Origin: a virus | Strand: one strand, 5' to 3' | Virus record (IMG/VR): IMGVR_UViG_3300050166_000025 | Coordinates: 64,001 to 128,000 of that record | Length of the DNA stretch: 64,000 bases | In this document: positions 1 to 7,972 of the stretch, one piece after another | Numbering within the stretch: the stretch's first letter is position 1 | How the letters are laid out: each line of letters opens with the position of its first letter | Notes under the pieces: generated by a model | Databases searched by the model: none | Told to the model about the DNA's origin: nothing | The model's input: only the letters and a program-made list of their open reading frames with translations | Program-made: the position numbers and the translations under genes

Positions 1-357
1 CGCTTCGATTTGATAGTCTCTTGGAGTATCTTTGTAGCCGTCAAAAAAAGCTAGGGCCCAGGCTTCAAACTGCTCGGCCGATATGTTAGGGTCAAACATT
101 CTAGTGACCCCGTTAATTTTTAGTTCAAACCTGTACTCTTTACACAGAGTCATCACATGTCTCCACAGCCCTGCTGGAATCCATTTATTGTCTTTTATAT
201 ATGACACATAGCCATCCCAGACACCTCTTTTGACCAATGGATTAAATCTCCATCCCTCGATTCTTTTTGTTAGACTTATATTTAATTGTTCTAACTCCAG
301 TTCCGACGCCTCATCAATGCTTAAGAATCTATTATCTTGCGTTAAACTTAATACCAA
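1..357 (-). CDS. uvsW: UvsW-like SF2 DNA helicase, N-terminal part (runs off window)
   Basis: Not in ORF track; manual translation from TTG at 357 gives ...WRFNPLVKRGVWDGYVSY...IPAGLW...TPRDYQIEA (WDG and PRDYQ Q-motif typical of UvsW); adjacent to uvsY. Confidence 0.8.
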   Translation of the reverse strand, partial: MVLSLTQDNRFLSIDEASELELEQLNISLTKRIEGWRFNPLVKRGVWDGYVSYIKDNKWIPAGLWRHVMTLCKEYRFELKINGVTRMFDPNISAEQFEAWALAFFDGYKDTPRDYQIEA

Positions 358-373
358 ACACGTAAACGTATTT

Positions 374-817
374 TTACAATTGCTTCATATCCATGCGTTG
401 CTTTATTGCAAAACCCATGTTGTCTAATGTTTTAACGGTACCAGTCAAAAAATCTTTGTGGTCCTCTAACATTTCATGAAGCTGTAATTCATCTGATAAA
501 TCAGACTTAATAAACTTCTCTCTTTGAGAGTCTGTTAATTTATAATCATACGTATAGTATGAAATCCATCTTTCTTTATATAATTTGTCAATCTTACTCT
601 TTTGTGTTCTAACTTTAGAGGCTAAAGATGCTAAAGCCTCTACTAGAATCTGTCTATAACTCAAGGCGAATGAAGCCACTTCGTGTAGAGAAGTTCCCGC
701 CTTTAAATCCTCCGCCAAAACTTTTATTTTATTAGTCCAATCTAGTCTTTGTGCAGCTAGCATTTCATCTAGCCTAACTAGTTTATTGACTTTTGTTTCT
801 TCAGGTGTATCTGACAT
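374..817 (-). CDS. uvsY: UvsY-like recombination mediator
   Basis: 147 aa helical; C-terminus DFLTGTVKTLDNMGFAIKQRMDM resembles T4 UvsY; position beside uvsW. Confidence 0.7.
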   Translation of the reverse strand: MSDTPEETKVNKLVRLDEMLAAQRLDWTNKIKVLAEDLKAGTSLHEVASFALSYRQILVEALASLASKVRTQKSKIDKLYKERWISYYTYDYKLTDSQREKFIKSDLSDELQLHEMLEDHKDFLTGTVKTLDNMGFAIKQRMDMKQL

Positions 818-828
818 TTATGAGTTGT

Positions 829-1044
829 TTAAAACAATTGACCTTTACTCTTATCTTCTTTAATGTAAACCGAGGCAGTAAGCTTCTTTTTAAATACTGG
901 CTTAACCTCTAGGGTCACTTCAGACCCTTCGTAATTTGGTACACTAGTACTGAAATCAACCAGTGATTTTAATCCTTTGTGTTTTGATCTCTCTTCGTTG
1001 AAATCATCAAATTCTTGCTCAATCATTCTTAATAGTCCGATCAT
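829..1044 (-). CDS. hypothetical protein
   Basis: 71 aa ORF, start overlaps primase stop (ATGA). Confidence 0.6.
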   Translation of the reverse strand: MIGLLRMIEQEFDDFNEERSKHKGLKSLVDFSTSVPNYEGSEVTLEVKPVFKKKLTASVYIKEDKSKGQLF

Positions 1045-2114
1045 AGATAGTATGCGTCTAAGGGTGAAGTGCTAAAATAGGCTTCAATCTTTTTTAGACA
1101 GTCGCTTTTGACTGAATAGGATGCCATTACCAGATCGTTTAAATCTTTTATTTTGTTACTATATTTATCCATCTTAGTTTCTTTTAAGTATTTCTCCCAT
1201 GTGAAAACACTCTTGCCTCTCTTTAATTTCTGCATCATCTTTTCCTTACCCACTGTATCGTTGTCGAACATATATCTCATGGTTGGAATCTCGTCCAGCT
1301 CTGTCGTGTCTCTCTGCGCTGAAGCTAATGCCAATGAATTTGCCATAAACAATCGGTCCATTGGGCCTTCAAACACTGTTACAGGCCTTGTCATGTCAAC
1401 CTGCATAATGCCGAACAGGGTTGAAATCTTATTAATATTATCGTGTGTTTGCTCGTCTATTTCATAGGGTTGCCCTAACCATTCTTTGATTTTAGACAGC
1501 TCGTAAGTCAAGTATCTAGAACTTTTAGTTTTTACTAGGGCTCTTGATTGCATACCTATCACCTTATCTTCAGGTCCTAGATTAAGAATATAGAGTCTTT
1601 TATCACTTGGAGAATACATAAAATGATCCATCTTATTATGAAGCATTCTGCCTCGTAAATACATAAAGGCCATTTCTCCAACTACGATATCCTTAAATCC
1701 TAATTTATCTCTTAGGTCCTGTTTGGTTGGCGCTAGTTCTAATATTTTTGAAAATGTACCATGCTGTAGAACATCTGCGTGATTGGTTTCAATTCTGTGT
1801 TCCTTTACATAGTCAATCATTTCTATTGTATCATCCGCATTTAATTTAATGCCATGATCTTTTAAGAATTGATAAGCGTCATTATGTTGACCACAGTTGA
1901 AACAGTGATACTGTAATGAATCCCAGTATAGGTTGCCACGTTTCATTTTTTCATCCTTGGTGGAGTCACCACAATAGGGACATGCGATAGTAATACGACC
2001 TGGCATATCTTTGATCATGATCTTGCCACCCGTACGATGCTCTTTCACCACAACCTGTTTGAACAGGGTTTTGATTTTTGCCTTAAGCTGCTCTGTGATT
2101 TTGGTATTGCTCAT
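1041..2114 (-). CDS. DNA primase (T4 gp61-like)
   Basis: Zn ribbon CPYCGDS...YHCFNCG; TOPRIM VFEGPMD and FDND; KDLND. Confidence 0.9.
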   Translation of the reverse strand: MSNTKITEQLKAKIKTLFKQVVVKEHRTGGKIMIKDMPGRITIACPYCGDSTKDEKMKRGNLYWDSLQYHCFNCGQHNDAYQFLKDHGIKLNADDTIEMIDYVKEHRIETNHADVLQHGTFSKILELAPTKQDLRDKLGFKDIVVGEMAFMYLRGRMLHNKMDHFMYSPSDKRLYILNLGPEDKVIGMQSRALVKTKSSRYLTYELSKIKEWLGQPYEIDEQTHDNINKISTLFGIMQVDMTRPVTVFEGPMDRLFMANSLALASAQRDTTELDEIPTMRYMFDNDTVGKEKMMQKLKRGKSVFTWEKYLKETKMDKYSNKIKDLNDLVMASYSVKSDCLKKIEAYFSTSPLDAYYL

Positions 2115-2126
2115 CTTGCTTAAATA

Positions 2127-2158
2127 AGTAAAGACCTACCTCACGGCAAGTCTTTACT
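2127..2158 (-). terminator. stem-loop after SSB gene (probable terminator/attenuator)
   Basis: RNA AGUAAAGACUUGCC-GUGA-GGUAGGUCUUUACU: GNRA loop, G-U pairs, followed by UAUUUA. Confidence 0.65.
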
Positions 2159-2178
2159 GTTAAACTGATTGAAATTGA

Positions 2179-3132
2179 TTAACCTAAGTCTAGGTCATTT
2201 AAGAATGCATCTAAGTCATCACCTGCGTCATCATTAGAAGATGAGCTGGATAAACCTGTCTCAGATGGAGCACCTAATTCAAAAGAATCAATGTTTGCAT
2301 TACCTGATGAGACTGCAGCTGCTTCTCTAACTGGAGCTGCTTTTTGTGCTCGTGGTTTATTTACGATGTCTTCCATCGCAGAGCCTGGGTTTAAATACTG
2401 ACGTAAGATTGAGTTTACAAAATCACGAGTTTGATCATCCCATACTTTATACTCATAAGGCTCTAATAAAGGAGCTTTGTCTAATTCTGCTTTAATAACC
2501 GACATGTTCTCTTTGGTCTTTTCAGCTGGAGAACCATCTACTAAGATAGCGCTCTTGCTTGGAGAGAATTTAGACTTATCATAGTTATTATAATCATTTT
2601 GACGAGTGATGATTAACTCAAAGTTCTTGCCTTCGAATAAATCGAATACTTGAGTTGGCTCGCCGAATGCTGGCTTTAATTCCTCGTCAATCTTCTCTTT
2701 GATTTTGTAACCAAATTTGAAGATTTTATACGTGCCTTCAAACTCTGGAAATTGAGGGTCTTTGATAACTTTAACTAATGCGTAATATTGTTCACGACGC
2801 TTTAATTGCTCGGACATCTTACGGTCTACTGCTGAATCACTTTTACGTAATTTGAAGAATGCATCTGCGATTGGGCACTTATCTCCGATTGAAGATGGTG
2901 AATCAACTAATTTACCTTCGCCACCTGCATCTTTCAGCCAGTGTACATACTTTTTAACTAATGAATTGCGAGGGTTTGCTGGGTTTGGAACAAAGCGAAT
3001 CAATGCTTTATAGGTTCCGTCTTTGCCTTGTTCGGCATCTGGTTTGTACAAGTCGTTGCTTCCTGTTGAAGCTGCTTGTTTGTGTGTGTCTACGTCATCA
3101 ACTCCTAGGTTGAAAATGTCAAAATCTGCCAT
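2179..3132 (-). CDS. single-stranded DNA-binding protein (T4 gp32-like)
   Basis: ALIRFVP, CPI, IFKFGYKI, GKNFEL, NYDKSKF and acidic tail DDLDAFLNDLDLG. Confidence 0.9.
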   Translation of the reverse strand: MADFDIFNLGVDDVDTHKQAASTGSNDLYKPDAEQGKDGTYKALIRFVPNPANPRNSLVKKYVHWLKDAGGEGKLVDSPSSIGDKCPIADAFFKLRKSDSAVDRKMSEQLKRREQYYALVKVIKDPQFPEFEGTYKIFKFGYKIKEKIDEELKPAFGEPTQVFDLFEGKNFELIITRQNDYNNYDKSKFSPSKSAILVDGSPAEKTKENMSVIKAELDKAPLLEPYEYKVWDDQTRDFVNSILRQYLNPGSAMEDIVNKPRAQKAAPVREAAAVSSGNANIDSFELGAPSETGLSSSSSNDDAGDDLDAFLNDLDLG

Positions 3133-3210
3133 GTCTTTAATACTTTAAGTTTCTTTGAAAATTGTTAATTTCGTTAATCTGTTTAGGCCTTAAACTTTAA
3201 TAACTGTAAT

Positions 3211-3238
3211 TTATACAGGAATACTCTCTATTGTTTCA
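3211..3238 (-). promoter_or_regulatory. putative middle-type promoter GAAAC-N15-TGTATAA upstream of SSB
   Basis: Same two boxes and spacing upstream of dCMP deaminase (42196-42222) and RNase HII (~49391-49417, TAAAC); variant upstream of 44790. Confidence 0.55.
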
Positions 3239-3437
3239 CTATCATACTCAGAATTTCACCAGAAGGCGCTTCATACTTGCCGGCCTCTATTTTAGTTAAG
3301 CCTGCTTTCCATAGAAGCTGTTCCATTTCAGTACCTAACAGTTTACCTGATAAGTGCATCTTGTTTAGTAATTCATATAGTTGAAAGTACTCTCCGGTGG
3401 TTAATTCGGGTTGATTGGATTGATATTGATTTTCCAT
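3228..3437 (-). CDS. hypothetical protein
   Basis: 69 aa; preceded by AATATATA-GAAT-ATG. Confidence 0.65.
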   Translation of the reverse strand: MENQYQSNQPELTTGEYFQLYELLNKMHLSGKLLGTEMEQLLWKAGLTKIEAGKYEAPSGEILSMIVKQ

Positions 3438-3538
3438 ATTCTATATATTTGTAAATAATTTAAAAATAATCTGAGAATTGTGAAACTATCCCCTAAAGCT
3501 GCTATATAAGATTTGTTCTTCCGGGTTTGAAGGTCTAC

Positions 3539-4195
3539 TTAAAGGGAGGAGATATACTGGGCTAAGAAGTAAGCATCGACTAGATCATCAAAGGGTTTAG
3601 GAACCTTAGTGCCCACTTCAAGTCCTTTCGCAAACTTCCACACTTCTGAGCTTTCAAGACTCTTGTCTCCAAGACTGTTTGCAGTGAAAGCTTCCCATAA
3701 ATCCTTCTTGTTCATTCTACCACCGCCCGCAAACTTTTTAATTGAGGTAGGAGCAACTGTTACAATGTTAAACGGTTTAGCTAAAGGGCTGAAAGCTCTG
3801 TAAAGATTCAACTTAAAGATTGCTGCTCCCGCGGCCAGGTCGATTAGATTATTGGTACCACCTCCGCCGGAACCATAGGAAACACCTTCAAATGCAACAA
3901 TAGTGGGCTTAAAGGGCTCAATTAGTTCAGAGTCCCTAATGATAGAGATAATTTCATCCGAAGAGGTCATATATCTAGTTAGTTTCGACATCTCTTTTTC
4001 AGAGAACTCTTTTGAGGTTTCAAAGCCCGGTTGATATTGAAGTGTAATGTCTTTGCAAGCGGACAGTTCCTCCTGAATTCTAACCTCGGCTTTCGTGCCA
4101 CCTGCTTTAAGGTATGAGATAAACTTAGAGCCCTCTTCTGATTTTAAGAAGATGCCCGGGGAGTTAAGAGAAAAGTCAACAGCAATAATTTGCAT
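3539..4195 (-). CDS. RuvC-like Holliday junction resolvase / RNase H-fold nuclease
   Basis: IIAVDFSLNSPG, VAFEG, PTSIKKFAG...K, DDLVDAY; start moved to ATG 4195 to remove overlap. Confidence 0.75.
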   Translation of the reverse strand: MQIIAVDFSLNSPGIFLKSEEGSKFISYLKAGGTKAEVRIQEELSACKDITLQYQPGFETSKEFSEKEMSKLTRYMTSSDEIISIIRDSELIEPFKPTIVAFEGVSYGSGGGGTNNLIDLAAGAAIFKLNLYRAFSPLAKPFNIVTVAPTSIKKFAGGGRMNKKDLWEAFTANSLGDKSLESSEVWKFAKGLEVGTKVPKPFDDLVDAYFLAQYISSL

Positions 4196-4196
4196 A

Positions 4197-4565
4197 TTAG
4201 ATTCTTGTACCAAGTGATGAGCCAACTGCGGCGCCAACCAGTCTTGAAGTTAAAAGATCATAAAGAAGGCCAGATTGAACTCCTAAGGCTCTAGCCACTA
4301 CCTTACCAATAGTATTACCGAGAGCAAATCCAGTAAGACCACCTAGAAGAGAACCAAGAAGACCTTCATTAGTTAGTTCCTCGTTGAACTTTCCAATCTG
4401 AAGTACACCATTCTCATCTGAGTAATTTGTCATAAACTCGTCAATCGCACGACCTATCTTCTCTTCAAGCTCAGGAGTTAATTCCGATGTCAAGGATTCT
4501 TTTAACATGTCAAATTCATTGACTGTTACGTTCTGTTCTGCAAGATATTCGTTGAATGTTTTCAT
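4197..4565 (-). CDS. putative head-packaged protein with C-terminal glycine zipper
   Basis: N-terminus MKTFNEYLAE like T4 capsid-targeting sequence; GxxxG-rich hydrophobic C-terminus. Confidence 0.55.
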   Translation of the reverse strand: MKTFNEYLAEQNVTVNEFDMLKESLTSELTPELEEKIGRAIDEFMTNYSDENGVLQIGKFNEELTNEGLLGSLLGGLTGFALGNTIGKVVARALGVQSGLLYDLLTSRLVGAAVGSSLGTRI

Positions 4566-4575
4566 ACTCTATATA

Positions 4576-5127
4576 TTAGTCTATTTCAAGCTCTATATTA
4601 AATTTGTTATAATAGAAGTTAATATCGAACGTGTTAAACTCTGCTACGTTTTGACTCATGTTAAGCTCTAGATCAGAAATAGAATTCATAATAGGCTTTT
4701 CAAATACCACAGAAACAAGATGAATCCCTTCACCGTCTAATAACTGTAGTTTAATATCGTTTGTAAATGGAGTAGCAACCTCCTTTGAGTAATAATATAG
4801 AAGAGTGTCTTGCATAATCCAGTAATTTATGAATCCATCTAAAGATTGCATCGTAACTGAGAATTGGCGATCTATTAAATTTTGAATGGGTTGAGCACCT
4901 CTAAAATATCTAGTGGTACCATCGTTGTTATTTTGTGTAACTGGATCAAAGTTTATTCCGGGAATACTCACACCTTGAATAGAGTAATTAATAAAATCTA
5001 TAGGTTCTGTTATGATATTACCTGGCATTCTATTCAAATACTTCTTGTACTTGTCAGCCACTTCCTTAGGAATAAACGTCCTAGGAAATTGAAAGTTAAA
5101 CAGATTATTTCTACTATTTAATATCAT
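4576..5127 (-). CDS. tail tube-like / tail completion protein
   Basis: 183 aa, QGVSIPG...FSVTM...FDINFYY pattern of the gp19/gp3 tube fold; structural context. Confidence 0.5.
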   Translation of the reverse strand: MILNSRNNLFNFQFPRTFIPKEVADKYKKYLNRMPGNIITEPIDFINYSIQGVSIPGINFDPVTQNNNDGTTRYFRGAQPIQNLIDRQFSVTMQSLDGFINYWIMQDTLLYYYSKEVATPFTNDIKLQLLDGEGIHLVSVVFEKPIMNSISDLELNMSQNVAEFNTFDINFYYNKFNIELEID

Positions 5128-7169
5128 TATACAATGTTAACTATTCCGTAATATAAGGTTGAACTGCTGGCTCCGTTAGTTATATTGATGTAAAACTTGT
5201 CGGTCATTAAATTAGTGTCAGGCTGGTCAAATCTTGTAGCAACATACTTAGGTATTTTAAACATGATTTCACCCTTGCCCATGTCGATATCTGGAAAACT
5301 TAGATCAGCACTAATTAGTTGTTCTACTGTTCCACTCTTAATTAAAATGTCAATTGAATCAGCATTAACTAATGAAACTTCTTTCATCGAGTTTCCGTCT
5401 TGTTGCACCACTTTAAATTTAATAAAATTGTCTGCGACTTTAGATAGAGTCATAACTCCTTCTCCTTCAGGTTTAAATAAAATGGGAGAGATAGAAGTCA
5501 CTTCTGTTCCGTTTAATATAACAGATGTGTTGCCAGCTCTTACGTTAACAGTATCTATTGCAACAGGAACATATCTAGTTTCTCCAACAGAAGGTCTTAT
5601 CGAATTTACAAATGTTTCAATTGTTTTTGAAGAAGCAGTTGACGCAATAGTATTGTATACTTTATTAATTACATTGTTGCCTATCGCGAGTTGTAACATT
5701 TTCTTTCCATATTTAGAAGGCTTTCTGTATATTAATGAAGCCTGCTTCAAGATTTGAGTGTTATCGGTTACGTTATAGATTCTTAAGTTTAGGTTAATTA
5801 AGAATGAAGCTGCAACGTTTGCGTTCTTAATGATTGGCCTAAAACTAATAGGCTCATCAAATCTGTCAGTTTGAACATAAGAACCAATAAAAGTTGGCGC
5901 GTAGTTTAACCCTATTTGTTCCAATACTTCTATATCATAGAAAACTGTAATATCATCTGATGATTTCTGAATTCTATCTAGTATGTATTGAGAAAAATTA
6001 GCAATAGAACCATCTTTAGTTCCATATAGATTGAAGTAATCTCCGTCTCCGGCCTCTTCAACAACAGCAGCGATATCCTGGTACTCATCTTCTTGCGGTA
6101 GAATTAATTCTAATTCATAACCCGTATCTGCGTATTTAACACCATCAATAGTCGTTAACTTATCTATTAACTTAAATGCTATTTCATAATTTGCGCTTGG
6201 GTTTAAAGCAGCTTGCGTTCCGACTGCGCCGAAGAAAGCCTCTTCGAAATCAAGATTAAGCTGATTGTCAAACATATCAACTAACGATGGAACTTTAATC
6301 TCAATGAATTTAGAGAATGCAACTCCACTTAAAATAAATGGAGATGGATTCTGTACTTCATAGCTTGAATTGTTTAAATATGCTAAAGAAGTAAAGAAGT
6401 TGTAGATTCCTGAATTTCTTTTAGCTTTAGTTTGAAAAATAAAACCCTGATATCCTCTAGCCGCAAATGAAAAACCAGTTCTTAAATGTAGTCTAATTGT
6501 ATCGTAATTTACATGATTAGATGCGATAGATTGATTTACCAGGTCAATTGCTTTTGTTCCTGTCCAGTTTATACTGTTTAAATGAGTCAATGAATTATCT
6601 AATAACGCGTATTTAGTTCCATCTGTATTATCTAAAATAGCATACCATCTTCCAACCTCGCCGGTACCAGTTTTAATAGTGTTTCCGGTTTCTTGCTCGG
6701 GAGTTGCATAAATAGAGTTAACTTTGTCTCCTACCTGAATAGAACCAGTTTGCGTAGAAGGATAAGAATAATGATAGGTTCCGTTTGTGTTTGGAACATA
6801 AGTTGCAACGCTACCTACAATACTAAAGCTACCTCCTCCACTAATCGTAAAATTAGCAGGCACAGAGAGAGCAGATAGATTAAACACGTAAGTTTTACCG
6901 TTTTGTAATAGTAATTCCCTAGAAGCAAAATCGTTGATAACCAAGTACGCTCCAGTTTGAGAAACTGTAAAATTCACAACATCATCTCCGAGTTCGTGGA
7001 TCAGATATCGTGTCTTAGTGTTATCGTTTTCAATTGTGTTTAAGAATTTAATATGGCTTCCACTGTTATCTACCGAGATAATCGAATTTGAGTTATTCGA
7101 TTGATCGTGATAGATGAACTCTAGTAGAACATCAGTATCTAATCTTAAAAATTTAGAAGATTTAGCCAT
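5127..7169 (-). CDS. virion structural protein
   Basis: 680 aa, beta-rich, within tail operon. Confidence 0.55.
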   Translation of the reverse strand: MAKSSKFLRLDTDVLLEFIYHDQSNNSNSIISVDNSGSHIKFLNTIENDNTKTRYLIHELGDDVVNFTVSQTGAYLVINDFASRELLLQNGKTYVFNLSALSVPANFTISGGGSFSIVGSVATYVPNTNGTYHYSYPSTQTGSIQVGDKVNSIYATPEQETGNTIKTGTGEVGRWYAILDNTDGTKYALLDNSLTHLNSINWTGTKAIDLVNQSIASNHVNYDTIRLHLRTGFSFAARGYQGFIFQTKAKRNSGIYNFFTSLAYLNNSSYEVQNPSPFILSGVAFSKFIEIKVPSLVDMFDNQLNLDFEEAFFGAVGTQAALNPSANYEIAFKLIDKLTTIDGVKYADTGYELELILPQEDEYQDIAAVVEEAGDGDYFNLYGTKDGSIANFSQYILDRIQKSSDDITVFYDIEVLEQIGLNYAPTFIGSYVQTDRFDEPISFRPIIKNANVAASFLINLNLRIYNVTDNTQILKQASLIYRKPSKYGKKMLQLAIGNNVINKVYNTIASTASSKTIETFVNSIRPSVGETRYVPVAIDTVNVRAGNTSVILNGTEVTSISPILFKPEGEGVMTLSKVADNFIKFKVVQQDGNSMKEVSLVNADSIDILIKSGTVEQLISADLSFPDIDMGKGEIMFKIPKYVATRFDQPDTNLMTDKFYINITNGASSSTLYYGIVNIV

Positions 7170-7184
7170 TCTAGGTTTTTAATT

Positions 7185-7970
7185 TTAAAATTGTAGAAAC
7201 GCAGGACTCCAATATAAACCAGCATTTATGTTAGGTCCATATTGAATAGTTTGTCCATTGATTAGAGTCATACCATAACCAACACCAAACCCAATAGACC
7301 ATCTTGCTTTCTTAGGAGTTTTTTCGTTTAATTTATTATTTATCAAGTTTATATTTTCAATATTTTCAAAATCTAATCCAGGATAAGTTGAACTCATTTT
7401 AATTTTCTTATAACCATCTTTCTCATCAATTGAAGCGTACAATTTAATTTCCTGTGATAGGTTGAAATCTGAATTTTGAACATTAAATTTGTCGCCACTT
7501 AAAGTAAATTTTACTGAGCCATCGAATCTTCTAGTGTTACCTTTTCCAAAGTCTTTAAAATCATTAAACTTAAATACAGTAGTCGTATCGTTTAATTTTG
7601 AAACTATTGTCTCTGTTTTAATCTCATCTTTTATCTTAACTTGCGCCTTCAATAGTGCATTAGTAGACTTTAGAGATTTAGAAAGTTGTAAAGCATCAGA
7701 ATACTCATTTGCTAAATCTTTATATTTACCCATAAATTCATTTATGTCATATACGAAACTTCTCTTCTCTGCAATCAAGCCTACGTTTTCGCTCTTATAC
7801 TTTTTAATAGTATCGTTTGCTGCAAGCAGATTATTATAATGAATACCTGCATCAGCCTTAGTTTTTACTAACTCGGCTTTTAATTCAGAAATAGCATTAC
7901 ACTGTCTTAAAAAAAGAAGAGCAAATATTGCTAACAATAAAAAGATAATTAAGTTTCTATTTAAGTTCAT
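7185..7970 (-). CDS. membrane protein, spanin-like
   Basis: N-terminal TM helix, coiled coil, C-terminal amphipathic beta-hairpin WSIGFGVGYG...GLYWSPAFLQF. Confidence 0.5.
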   Translation of the reverse strand: MNLNRNLIIFLLLAIFALLFLRQCNAISELKAELVKTKADAGIHYNNLLAANDTIKKYKSENVGLIAEKRSFVYDINEFMGKYKDLANEYSDALQLSKSLKSTNALLKAQVKIKDEIKTETIVSKLNDTTTVFKFNDFKDFGKGNTRRFDGSVKFTLSGDKFNVQNSDFNLSQEIKLYASIDEKDGYKKIKMSSTYPGLDFENIENINLINNKLNEKTPKKARWSIGFGVGYGMTLINGQTIQYGPNINAGLYWSPAFLQF

Positions 7971-7972
7971 AA

